Shown: positions 9,686 to 18,647 of the stretch, piece after piece
How positions within the stretch are numbered: the stretch's first letter is position 1
Layout: every line of letters begins with the position of its first letter
Assembly (NCBI GenBank): GCA_039815185.1
Contig: JBCBZT010000063.1
Location: 1-37,500, forward strand
Source: Cyanobacteria bacterium P01_A01_bin.123
GTDB taxonomy: Bacteria > Cyanobacteriota > Cyanobacteriia > Phormidesmidales > Phormidesmidaceae
DNA: 37,500 bases
Direction of reading: 5' to 3'
Position numbers and translations under genes: made by a program
Notes under the pieces: generated by a model
Told to the model about the DNA's origin: nothing
Seen by the model: the letters and a program-made list of their open reading frames with translations, nothing else
The model's database searches: none

Positions 9686-11095
9686 ATGGTTGGTCACAAC
9701 TTTTCTGCTCCGCCTGCCAACACAAATTCACTCCCAAAAATCAATTTATTCACTATGTTTCGCCTAGGCCTGTTCCAGTTAGGGCTGGGGCTGTTGTCCT
9801 TATTGACCTTGGGCGTGCTCAATCAGGTGTTGATATCCGAACTTAAAATTCCAGGTACCCTGGCCGCAGGTACCCTAGCCATGTACCAATTCGTTGCCCC
9901 AGCCAGGGTTTGGTTTGGACAAATGTCCGATTCGCGACCCATCAATGGCTATCATCGCACCGGCTATGTGTGGATTGGGCTGGGCTTACAGGCCATTGTG
10001 TTGTTTCTCGCCGTACAAGTGGTTTGGCAACTGGGGGCCAGCGCTGCTGCTGGTTGGAGTGCTCAAACCTACGGCTGGGTTGGGGTTTTAGCGTTTGCAT
10101 TTGCCATCTATGGGTTATGTATCAGCGCCAGTGGAACCCCCTTTACTGCTCTGCTGGTGGATATTTCCGATGAAGACAATCGCTCCAAACTCGTGGGCAT
10201 CGTCTGGGCCATGTTGATGGTAGGCATCGTGATTGGAGCGATCGCGGGAGAAAAAATGCTGGAAGGGGTAACCTCAGAAACGCTAGAAGCCAGAATTACC
10301 CAAATGTTTACTATCTTTCCGATCGTGGTAATGGGGCTGGGTATCTTAGCCACCGCCGGCATTGAAGGTAAATATTCGCGCTACGGCTACCGCTCTTCCC
10401 TAGCCGACCGTGACGACAAGATTACCCTGGGCCAAGCGCTGTCAGTATTGACGGCTTCTCGACAAACGGGGATTTTCTTTTGCTTCTTGTTAGTCATGAC
10501 CCTCAGTTTGTTTTTGCAACAACCTGTGCTGGAACCCTATGCCCGAGAGGTATTTGGCATGACCCTCGGCGAAAGCGCTGGGCTCAACCAATTTTGGGGC
10601 TGTGGCATCCTGGTTGGGATGGGCATTTCAGGCTTCTTGATTGTGCCCAGGCTGGGTAAACAACAGGCTGCCAAGCTGGGCTGTCTATTGACTGCTGCCT
10701 GTTTTGTTCTGGTGATCCTGGCAGGCTTAACCCAATCCCAATCCCTACTCAAAAGTGCCGTGATGCTGTTTGGCCTAGCGTCTGGCATCTTGACCAACGG
10801 CGCAGTCAGTTTGATGCTAGATCTCACCGCTGCAGAAACCGCTGGCACCTTTATCGGCGCCTGGGGCCTAGCCCAGGCACTGGCAAGTGCCAGTGCCACA
10901 GTAACTGGCGGTGCTCTCCTGGATTTCGGTCGGTACTTGTTTAGCAGTACGTTCCCAGCCTTTGCCTTAGTCTTTGCTTGTGAAGCTGTCGGGATGGTGT
11001 TGGCCTTTGCACTGCTGAACCGCGTCAATATAAGAGAGTTTCAGACGCGATCCACCAAGGCGATCGCAGCGGTTTTAGAAGGAGAACTGGAATAA
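9686..11095 (+). CDS. BCD family (PucC-like) MFS transporter
   Basis: MFRLGLFQ, APARVWFGQMSD, LEPY, MLDLTAAETAGTFIGAWGLAQA; ~12 TM segments. Confidence 0.92.
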   Translation: MVGHNFSAPPANTNSLPKINLFTMFRLGLFQLGLGLLSLLTLGVLNQVLISELKIPGTLAAGTLAMYQFVAPARVWFGQMSDSRPINGYHRTGYVWIGLGLQAIVLFLAVQVVWQLGASAAAGWSAQTYGWVGVLAFAFAIYGLCISASGTPFTALLVDISDEDNRSKLVGIVWAMLMVGIVIGAIAGEKMLEGVTSETLEARITQMFTIFPIVVMGLGILATAGIEGKYSRYGYRSSLADRDDKITLGQALSVLTASRQTGIFFCFLLVMTLSLFLQQPVLEPYAREVFGMTLGESAGLNQFWGCGILVGMGISGFLIVPRLGKQQAAKLGCLLTAACFVLVILAGLTQSQSLLKSAVMLFGLASGILTNGAVSLMLDLTAAETAGTFIGAWGLAQALASASATVTGGALLDFGRYLFSSTFPAFALVFACEAVGMVLAFALLNRVNIREFQTRSTKAIAAVLEGELE

Positions 11096-11099
11096 CAGC

Positions 11100-11918
11100 A
11101 TGGAACAGTTTTGGGTAGAGGTTTTAGATTTTGCCGAATCGACCACTCAAACCATTGGCCAACAACTCCTGGCAAACTTCGGCCATGCCCAAGCCGAACA
11201 AAAGGCCGATGGTAGCTTAGTCACTGAATCCGACCAATGGGCCGATGAAAAAATTCGAGCTGCGATCGCTCAAGTCTTTCCAACCCATGGTGTTCTCAGT
11301 GAAGAAGCCAAACACAAGTTTCCCAGCACCGACTGGTGCTGGATTATTGATCCGATCGACGGCACGACTAACTTTACGCGGGGCATCCCACTCTGGGGTA
11401 TTTCCCTGGGGTTGCTCTATCAAGGCACCCCTGTTTTTGGCCATGTCTACTTCCCGCCCATTCAGCAGCGTTTCCATGGCTACTGGCTTGGGAACTCTGG
11501 CTTAAACGGTTCTCCAGGGGCATTTTTGAACCACCAAGTCATCCATACGAGTCCCGATAAGCCTTCTGGTACGCACTTCTTTAGCCTATGTGCCCGCAGC
11601 ACCGATGTCATGCGGCGCTCCTTTCCCTGTAAAATTCGCATGTTGGGCGTCGCTACATACAACATTCTCACCGTTGCCGCTGGCATTAGCTTGGGTGCGG
11701 TTGAAGCCACCCCCAAAATTTGGGACATCGCAGCAGTTTGGCCTATCATCCAAGCTGCAGGTGGAACCTGGACTGCGCTCGATCATCGTCCTATATTTCC
11801 ACTCAGTGCTGGCGAAAATTATCGTTCTCGCCCGTTCCCTACTTTAATTAGCAGCCAACAGGCACTGGCATCCCAATTTGAACCCCTGGTAACCTTCTTA
11901 GGACAATCTGGGAAATAA
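11100..11918 (+). CDS. inositol monophosphatase family protein
   Basis: KADGSLVTESD, LSEE, WIIDPIDGTTNF, KIWDIAA; 4 bp after the MFS gene. Confidence 0.93.
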   Translation: MEQFWVEVLDFAESTTQTIGQQLLANFGHAQAEQKADGSLVTESDQWADEKIRAAIAQVFPTHGVLSEEAKHKFPSTDWCWIIDPIDGTTNFTRGIPLWGISLGLLYQGTPVFGHVYFPPIQQRFHGYWLGNSGLNGSPGAFLNHQVIHTSPDKPSGTHFFSLCARSTDVMRRSFPCKIRMLGVATYNILTVAAGISLGAVEATPKIWDIAAVWPIIQAAGGTWTALDHRPIFPLSAGENYRSRPFPTLISSQQALASQFEPLVTFLGQSGK

Positions 11919-11935
11919 ATTCTATCTAGCAAGCA

Positions 11936-12730
11936 TCAAGCCTCGATCGGCTTAGCCGTGGCAGTAGCATCCATCTCGTCTGGATCCGCCAGATCACTGG
12001 ATGGTGGATTGTCCTCAGCAGCCTCATCAACCACAATTTCTGAGGACTCAGTCGTTTCATCCTCTAGTTCTAAAGCTGCCAGCACTTTATCCTCCGGGCC
12101 AGCCGCCTCTAATGGATCCTCTGATTCAGCAACTTCTGTTTCATCATCAGGCTCAGCCGCCAGTTCTGGTTCAGTTGCAGCGGCTTCTATCTCGTCTTCT
12201 TCAAGGATCTCTTCAGGCTCGGCCACCTCGATGGCGTCATCTTCAGCAGTCTCTTCTAGTCCAACCGGATCAGCAACTTCCGCTGCTGCTGCTTCCAGGT
12301 CATCTCCATCAACTTCAGAAAGGGCTTTATCCATCTCTTCTGGTTCGGCAATATCTGGTTCAGCAATATCTGGTTCGGCAATATCTGGTTCAGAGGTTAG
12401 CGCTGGCCCTGATGGCTGAACTGGCTCAACAGGTGGACTCGCCAGAGAGATGGCCTCAGCAAAGGTCAGGTCTTTAGAAAGGGCAATTTGACGAACCACA
12501 CCCCCATCCAAATGCTGTTTTCCTAGTGCCTTAGACCGTTCAGCGATGGTTTCCCCCAAGGCGGTACCAATGCTGACCGCTGCGGCTGGTGTACGCGCAG
12601 CCTCTTGAGCAAGGCGTTTCAACAAATGCCTGAGTTCTTTATTGCCACGCTTGGTTGTAGCATTGATGCCCTGATTAGTTAAGACCTTTTTTGCATGTTG
12701 CTTGATTGTCTTTTCAATCTGGCTGTTCAT
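11936..12730 (-). CDS. hypothetical protein, basic N-terminal domain + long acidic low-complexity tail
   Basis: 264-aa ORF filling the gap; K/R-rich first ~90 aa, then D/E/A/P-rich with (EPDIA)3. Confidence 0.75.
   Translation of the reverse strand: MNSQIEKTIKQHAKKVLTNQGINATTKRGNKELRHLLKRLAQEAARTPAAAVSIGTALGETIAERSKALGKQHLDGGVVRQIALSKDLTFAEAISLASPPVEPVQPSGPALTSEPDIAEPDIAEPDIAEPEEMDKALSEVDGDDLEAAAAEVADPVGLEETAEDDAIEVAEPEEILEEDEIEAAATEPELAAEPDDETEVAESEDPLEAAGPEDKVLAALELEDETTESSEIVVDEAAEDNPPSSDLADPDEMDATATAKPIEA
12339..12393. repeat. 15-bp tandem repeat (~3.5 copies) encoding EPDIA
   Basis: TGGTTC(G/A)GCAATATC at 12341, 12356, 12371 plus partial copy at 12386. Confidence 0.9.
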
Positions 12731-12926
12731 GGGTTGCTCTCACTGAACCTGGCTTAGGCCAATCCTACAGATTCAACCTACAGCATCCAATTTCAATTTC
12801 TTTGCTGTCTACCATACATTGAGGGCATAATCCCCAGAGACAGCTGATACGAAGTAGGGCTCAAATCAGCAAAAATCCTATCAGGGAAGCATTCAGACAG
12901 CAGGCATTAGCAAGAAATCAGTCGCC

Positions 12927-13466
12927 TTAAAACGCATTGACTGTAGACCAGGTCGTCAAAATAAACACACCCATAGCAATGAGGGCCAGCAATCCTTCCA
13001 AGATATTGCCAATGAGCGTGCCTACCACAATTGCCAAACTAACTTTCACAGCCAAAGCGGTACGGGGGGCGATGTCGAGCTCACGACGATAGAGAAATTC
13101 GCCCAGGAACCCGCCGGCGATCGCGCCCAGCAAAATTCCCGCTAGGGGGCCACCCACGGGTAATGCTGGCAGCAGACCGAAGAAACCCAACCCCATGCCA
13201 ACAATTGCCCCAACTTGCCCCCAAAGACTTGCCCCGACCCGCTTCGCTCCCAGGTAGGCTGCCAAATAGTTAATTACAAAACTCAAGGCTAAGACAACGA
13301 TCACCGTGCCTAAAGCCCACTCCACTCCTGCGAATCCGGTCAAAATGCCCCAGACTATTGTGCCAATCAAAATCAGGCTGGCTCCTGGCAAACCCGGCAC
13401 AAAAGCCCCGACGACACCGGCTGCCATCACAACCAGCAAAATCCAGTAGAGCAGGATCAAGCTCAC
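12927..13466 (-). CDS. DUF456 family membrane protein
   Basis: GVVGAFVPGLPG, GAKRVGAS.WGQ.GAIVG, GAIAGGFLGEF; Gly-rich TM helices. Confidence 0.88.
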   Translation of the reverse strand: MSLILLYWILLVVMAAGVVGAFVPGLPGASLILIGTIVWGILTGFAGVEWALGTVIVVLALSFVINYLAAYLGAKRVGASLWGQVGAIVGMGLGFFGLLPALPVGGPLAGILLGAIAGGFLGEFLYRRELDIAPRTALAVKVSLAIVVGTLIGNILEGLLALIAMGVFILTTWSTVNAF

Positions 13467-13672
13467 AATTAATTAGCCTCAAAACAACTGGGAATAGATT
13501 GCCTAGTACGATCGCAAAGGTAACCCACCCTCAGTATGTTGCTGAATGCTTAGTGTTGCAGTTGCGGATAACCACCGCCAACATCCAGATCAAGCCTTGA
13601 GCATGCATCTCGGTGGGACAATCTCTAGAGTCAACGCATCGATAGCCAGGCGATTCATGTTCCGCCATCAGT

Positions 13673-13804
13673 TTAATAACGGCGTTGCCAGAAGGCTAAG
13701 GTTTTGCGAATGGATTCTCTTTCATCAAGCGTATTGGCATAGCGCATTTGATGGCGTAATTCTTTTAAGATCTTGCTGCGATCATTATTTTCAGCACGGT
13801 TCAT
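13673..13804 (-). CDS. unannotated 43-aa basic small protein
   Basis: MNRAENNDRSKILKELRHQMRYANTLDERESIRKTLAFWQRRY*; AGGAG 8 nt upstream of ATG; below the ORF-track cutoff; same strand as both neighbours. Confidence 0.65.
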   Translation of the reverse strand: MNRAENNDRSKILKELRHQMRYANTLDERESIRKTLAFWQRRY

Positions 13805-13896
13805 TGCGCTCACTCCTGAGTTACGTTTCCATCATTCTGAGAGTTCCCCGATCTTAAAAAGAGACACCCCATCAAGTGGGGAAAGGGCCATACTTT

Positions 13897-13910
13897 GTAA
13901 CAAAGGCTAC
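13897..13910. promoter_or_regulatory. NtcA-binding site candidate
   Basis: tGTA-ACAAAGGC-TACg, exact GTA-N8-TAC, intergenic, ~93 bp upstream of the 43-aa ORF. Confidence 0.6.
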
Positions 13911-13954
13911 GGTTTATTCGATCTTTTGAACGTTTGTGTGCACAGCCGCTCTAA

Positions 13955-16051
13955 CTACTGCACCAGCCAAACTCGAATCGTTGAGTCATTATTGCGCGTT
14001 GTCACTAATTGACCATTGGGCAGCAGCAATACGCGATCAATATAGCTGTCATACCCTGTGGTGGTATAGCGCAACAGCCCCGTCTTTAGATCCCAAAAGG
14101 CGATGCTCTCATCGGTACTAGCGCTGATCAGCATTTGGCCATCTGGTGTCACCCCTAAGTCATTGACAAAACTGCTGTGCCCTAACCAAGTTTGCACCGC
14201 TTCAGTTGCAGGCACTTGCCAAAGTTTAATCGTCGTATCAGCACTGCCACTAATTAAATACTGGCCATCCGGCGTGGTTGTCAGCGTATTCACATAGCTT
14301 TCATGTCCTCTTAAAACCCCTTGATTTTCTCCCGTCGTCAGATCCCAAAGTCGGATAGTCCGATCAGCACTCCCTGTCGCAAAAAATACATCATCAGAAC
14401 TGACGGCTAGAGCATTGATAGCGCTAGCGTGGGCTTGTAGGCTATGGCGTTCTTGCTGGGTTTCAATATCCCAAATCTTGACTGTGCCATCGGCACTACC
14501 ACTAATCAACTGACGACCACTGTGGCTAATCGCTAGGGTATTAACCGGGCTCAAATGCCCAGTTAAAGTGGCTAAAATTTCACCCGTGGTGATGTCCCAG
14601 AGACGAATTGTCTGGTCAGCACTGCCACTGGCTAAGATACGGCCATCTGGACTCAGCGCCAAGGCGTTGACGTAGCTACTATGGCCTGTCAGCGTTTTCA
14701 GTTCGCCGCCCGTTGTCAAATCCCAATGTTTGATGGTGTTGTCAGCACTGCCACTGATGAGCTGATTTTTACCTGGAATCAAGGCGACCGCATTGACTGA
14801 GCTAGTGTGCCCCGTCAACGTGCGAACCAGCAACACTGACTTTTGACTCACCTCAACTGGACTTTGAGCTGTGGTTGGTGGTGCTAGTCGCGACCAACCG
14901 TACCAGATACCGCCTGCCGCGATCGCAGTCAATGCCGCCAAACCGGCAACCCCGAACCACCATCTCTGTTTTGTTCGGGGAGGGTCAATGGTTTGGGTTG
15001 CGCCATCTTGAAGGGTCGTTGCAGGCAACCGATCGACCAATCCCTGAGTCGCAACCGTGGCTGAGATTTTCTCTTGAGGGGGCACCGCTACCAAAGTCGG
15101 TGCAGTAGATAAGGAAATCGTTTGTGAGGCTTGCATGCGGTGCATGCGATCCAGAATTTCGTCAGTATCTTGAGGGCGATCCATAGCCCTCGGGGCAATC
15201 ATATCGTCAAGCAATTGGGCAAATGTAGCCGACACTTGAGGGGCATACGTCTGCCATAAAAACTCGTTGCTGTAAGAGTTGTAGATGGCCTGATCAGTGG
15301 GATGCTTAGCCGTTAATAAATAAGTAAACGTCCGCCCTAATGCATAGAAGTCAGACTGGGGTACTGCTTGCCCTTGCTCTTGCTCTGGTGGGGTGTAACC
15401 CGCAGAACTCAAGGCGGTGATCCCCCCCGACTGACCGAGTTGGGCCAGATACGTTTCAGTAATTTGCCGCGCTGCCCCAAAATCAACTAAGACCAGTTGA
15501 CCAGTTGCCCGCAGCATAATGTTTTCGGGTTTTATGTCGCGGTGGAAATAGTTTTTATGGTGAATCAAGTGCAATACTTCCACCAGTTGCTGCAACCAGC
15601 TAAAAGCCTGCTTTTCACTAATGGGATGATTGCCCTGCTGCTGCATCCACTGGTGCAGATTCAGCCCGTCAATTTTTTCCATAATGATGCAGCGCAAGGG
15701 CTGCTCCATGCTCTGCTTCGGCCCTTTGGGCAACACTGTAAAATAGCCATCTGGTTCAATTCGTGGGATCCCCGGATGGTTGAGTTGGCTTAGCACCACA
15801 GCCTCTTTTTCAAATAGCTCCAGTGCTTTGGGCGTATCGTTAAGCGATTCTTTGAGTACCTTGAGCAACTTAGGTACATCACGCTCGTAGGCTTCATACA
15901 CGCGACCAAAGCCACTGCGATCGCTTAGCAACCGCATCACTCGATAACGTCCCTGCAAGATCAACTCAGAACCACACCCTTGACAAAACGCCGCACTACC
16001 ATTGCCAGGGTGATCGGGTTGAGGGCAGCGGGGATTAAGACAAAGACTCAT
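13955..16051 (-). CDS. Ser/Thr protein kinase with 4-Cys prefix, TM helix and C-terminal WD40 propeller
   Basis: MSLCLNPRC...FCQGCG; SGFGRVY, HRDIKPENIM, LVDFGAAR, GYTPPEQ; TM WWFGVAGLAAL; seven GH...W(D) repeats; ATG 16051 preferred. Confidence 0.94.
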   Translation of the reverse strand: MSLCLNPRCPQPDHPGNGSAAFCQGCGSELILQGRYRVMRLLSDRSGFGRVYEAYERDVPKLLKVLKESLNDTPKALELFEKEAVVLSQLNHPGIPRIEPDGYFTVLPKGPKQSMEQPLRCIIMEKIDGLNLHQWMQQQGNHPISEKQAFSWLQQLVEVLHLIHHKNYFHRDIKPENIMLRATGQLVLVDFGAARQITETYLAQLGQSGGITALSSAGYTPPEQEQGQAVPQSDFYALGRTFTYLLTAKHPTDQAIYNSYSNEFLWQTYAPQVSATFAQLLDDMIAPRAMDRPQDTDEILDRMHRMQASQTISLSTAPTLVAVPPQEKISATVATQGLVDRLPATTLQDGATQTIDPPRTKQRWWFGVAGLAALTAIAAGGIWYGWSRLAPPTTAQSPVEVSQKSVLLVRTLTGHTSSVNAVALIPGKNQLISGSADNTIKHWDLTTGGELKTLTGHSSYVNALALSPDGRILASGSADQTIRLWDITTGEILATLTGHLSPVNTLAISHSGRQLISGSADGTVKIWDIETQQERHSLQAHASAINALAVSSDDVFFATGSADRTIRLWDLTTGENQGVLRGHESYVNTLTTTPDGQYLISGSADTTIKLWQVPATEAVQTWLGHSSFVNDLGVTPDGQMLISASTDESIAFWDLKTGLLRYTTTGYDSYIDRVLLLPNGQLVTTRNNDSTIRVWLVQ

Positions 16052-16294
16052 AACCGTGGTAGTAATGCATCCCTTTATCCCTATTGTCACCGGGAATGCC
16101 AGCATCGACTAAAAATTTCGAGTGGCCGCACACGGGCTTCAGTTCACCTTTGGAATTTGTCCAAAGGTGAACTGATTGTGACCCTCAATAGGACATCAAG
16201 CTGCGATTACATCGGTTATTTTCTGCGGCACTTGATGAGTGAAGCGTCAGTAGGTTGACTCATACTATCCACCGATGGGATGTCAATCTCTGCT

Positions 16295-17302
16295 CTAACC
16301 CGCAAAGCGTCGTAAGGTCACCGAAGGCGATTCCCCAAACATAGCCTTATAGTCCACTGAGAAGTGGCCCATGTGGTTAAAGCCCCATTGCTTAGCAATA
16401 TCAATTACCCGGTTAGAATTTGGAGGAGAAACTTTGAGCCGCCGTCTCACCTGATTGAGGCGGTGGGCCTTAAGATAAGCCATCGGGCTCATGTCAAAGA
16501 GATCATGGAAGGCATAGTGCAGCGATCGCTCACTGGTCCCTGCTACCTCGCATAGATCCTGCAGTGAAAGCGGGACATCGAGGTGATCTAGCATATAAGC
16601 CTCAACTCGTTTAGCTAAGCGAGTCCGCTTAAAAGGACGTAATTTCTGTTGCTGGGCATCTTCAGGAGCCGGAATCGCTTCAATCAGTCCCGCAATTAAC
16701 CGTTCGGCAGCTTGTCCTGGTACTTCAACACCTGCCAAACTCACCCCTTGGCCCAGGTTGGCCTCAAATAACGCCGTTAGCATTTTGCGTAATCGCTCCA
16801 ACGCCACTGGGTCGGAATCAAGCACACTTTTCTGACGGAGTTCTTTAGCCAAATTACGGCGGTAGCAATTATCAGCAATCTCAAACAACAACGTTTTATC
16901 GACGGTGAGCACAAACTGCTCATAATCGTCAGGTGTTTTGAGGTCAACTTCCCGATTGGTATTGACAATCACCTGGTCGTAATGAAATTCATGACCCTGC
17001 CAAACCGTGCGGCCCACTCGGTTCTTCGCAATGCCAAAGGCAATCGTATTTGGGGGCGCATTCCCGCGGGTACGCACGGTACACCCCATTTGGGTATAAA
17101 TCACCTGCAACCCTTCCATCTGAATTTGGCACAGCTGTCCGCTAACTGTACCTGGACGAAGTTGGGTACTTTCTAGATCCCAAAACCGAACTGCCTCAAC
17201 GATCTCGTCGATGTCATGACTCCATAATGACATCACCAAATTATTGCTGAAGACCTGTGAACTGCGAGCCATCACACTCTCCTTATCTTGATCTTGCATC
17301 AC
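16295..17302 (-). CDS. AraC family transcriptional regulator (EutR-like)
   Basis: SLQDLCEVAGTSERSLHYAF...SPMAYLKAHRLNQVRRRL...IAKQWGFNHMGHFSVDYKAMFGESPSVTL; exact start uncertain. Confidence 0.93.
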   Translation of the reverse strand: MMQDQDKESVMARSSQVFSNNLVMSLWSHDIDEIVEAVRFWDLESTQLRPGTVSGQLCQIQMEGLQVIYTQMGCTVRTRGNAPPNTIAFGIAKNRVGRTVWQGHEFHYDQVIVNTNREVDLKTPDDYEQFVLTVDKTLLFEIADNCYRRNLAKELRQKSVLDSDPVALERLRKMLTALFEANLGQGVSLAGVEVPGQAAERLIAGLIEAIPAPEDAQQQKLRPFKRTRLAKRVEAYMLDHLDVPLSLQDLCEVAGTSERSLHYAFHDLFDMSPMAYLKAHRLNQVRRRLKVSPPNSNRVIDIAKQWGFNHMGHFSVDYKAMFGESPSVTLRRFAG

Positions 17303-17499
17303 TCTGGGAACACAAACGCTAGCCTACTCTCCCCACCAACCCAGTTCTGCAAAGATAACCTTTTACAGAACGCTACGCCAATTGGCTTATTCTATTTCTT
17401 AAGTTTGCTTCAAATAATTCATTTTGTGTAACTTTGGTATCTCAGCCATCTTGCTGATGCCCCCAAACTAGCTTGCGACTTACGTACAGTCTGTGGGTT

Positions 17500-17546
17500 A
17501 AAGTAACACTTGCAGAATTTGTAAAGTGACTACTTGCAGAATTTGT
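17500..17546 (+). promoter_or_regulatory. tandem direct repeat, putative operator upstream of hetR-like gene
   Basis: ACTTGCAGAATTTGT at 17508-17522 and 17532-17546 (perfect 15-mers, 24-bp period), each preceded by AAAGT(A/G)AC. Confidence 0.7.
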
Positions 17547-17630
17547 GTAGCTTGAATGTTGCGCGATTGCGTGTTGTAAGATGTACGCTGGTTAAATAAT
17601 ATTCATCTCATTCCTGAGTCTTGAGTTTTA

Positions 17631-18563
17631 GTGGCAAGCCCGTCTGATAGTACATCTGCCGATCACGCTCTCCAAGATATTGAGGCTTTACCAGCCAGCG
17701 CAGCAGATCAAATTTTGCTTTACCTCGCCCTTAGCACAATGAAGTTGGGGGGGCATCGCTATGGCACATTTTTGGATGCGGCTACCACAGCTGCAAAGTT
17801 CTCAATCTACAGCACTTATCTAGAGCAGGGAAAAAACCTCCGGAAAACTGGGTTCCTTTATCATGTAGAACCCAAACGGGTGCGGGTTATTGTGAAAGAA
17901 GTCCAAGCAGCACTCAATGAAGGTAGAGCCCTCAAAACCCTGGCGTCACAAGAGCCCTACTACCTGATTGGGTTGCCATACCTCTGGCAAGAACGGTATC
18001 CCTGGCAGGATGGGCAACCTCGCATTCAGTGGGATGGGCTGATGTCTAGCGAAAAAGAGAAAATTGAAGCCTCCCTGCCTGCTAACTTACCGAAGACACG
18101 TTTACTCAATGCCTTTGAATTTGATGAGTTGATTGACCTACTTCACAATACGTCTCAAGACGACTTGTCTCCCGAGCGGCGCATTCCGTTAAGTGACGCT
18201 ATGGCCGAACATATTAAGTTCAGGTTATTACATTCTGGAACAGTCATACCGATTGAATCGCCCCTATTAAAGATTCCCTTCTACGTGTTGACGCGTACGA
18301 CTTATGCACCCAAAGGGGAGCGGGAGCGGGTGTTTGCGATGATTCAAGATGTGGCTCGTTTTTTTCAGTTACTGCAAGATTGGGTGACTGAGAAATCTGG
18401 CGTGATGAGAATTCTCGAGGCCTTTGATGTCGATCCAGCGGAAAAAGAAACGGCACTGAAAGAATTGGATGAAACCCTAAAAGCCTGGGCCGACAAGTAC
18501 CATCGGGATGGGGGATTTCCTATGATTTTACAGATGGCAGTCGGGACACGACGCGGAGAGTAG
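17631..18563 (+). CDS. hetR: HetR family regulator (divergent, HetR-like)
   Basis: DQILLYLA, GHRYGTFLDAATTAAK, TYLEQGKNLRKTG, EPKRV, SQEP.YLI, AEHIK.RLL.SGTV, WADKYH..GG.PMILQM all align with Anabaena HetR; GTG start. Confidence 0.93.
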   Translation: MASPSDSTSADHALQDIEALPASAADQILLYLALSTMKLGGHRYGTFLDAATTAAKFSIYSTYLEQGKNLRKTGFLYHVEPKRVRVIVKEVQAALNEGRALKTLASQEPYYLIGLPYLWQERYPWQDGQPRIQWDGLMSSEKEKIEASLPANLPKTRLLNAFEFDELIDLLHNTSQDDLSPERRIPLSDAMAEHIKFRLLHSGTVIPIESPLLKIPFYVLTRTTYAPKGERERVFAMIQDVARFFQLLQDWVTEKSGVMRILEAFDVDPAEKETALKELDETLKAWADKYHRDGGFPMILQMAVGTRRGE

Positions 18564-18604
18564 GCCGCGTTGGAACAATGACACATCTAGATCTATAGCT
18601 TTCT

Positions 18605-18631
18605 TGTCGGACAAGGGTTCTGCGTCCGACA
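18605..18631 (+). terminator. hairpin downstream of hetR-like gene
   Basis: TGTCGGAC-N11-GTCCGACA followed by CAAGTTTT. Confidence 0.5.
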
Positions 18632-18647
18632 CAAGTTTTCAAATCGG

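Noticed and set aside
11958..12477. 153-aa and 158-aa plus-strand ORFs
   Set aside because: Antisense shadows of the low-complexity acidic protein.
13546..14012. 103-aa and 79-aa plus-strand ORFs
   Set aside because: No RBS or motif; the minus-strand 43-aa ORF with AGGAG is the better explanation.
17428..17441. GTA-N8-ATC upstream of hetR-like as NtcA site
   Set aside because: Second half-site is wrong (ATC instead of TAC).
16106..18647. patS/patX-like RG(S/T)GR peptide gene near hetR
   Set aside because: None seen by eye; EGTGR in UvrB and SGSGR in the VOC protein are non-matching coincidences.
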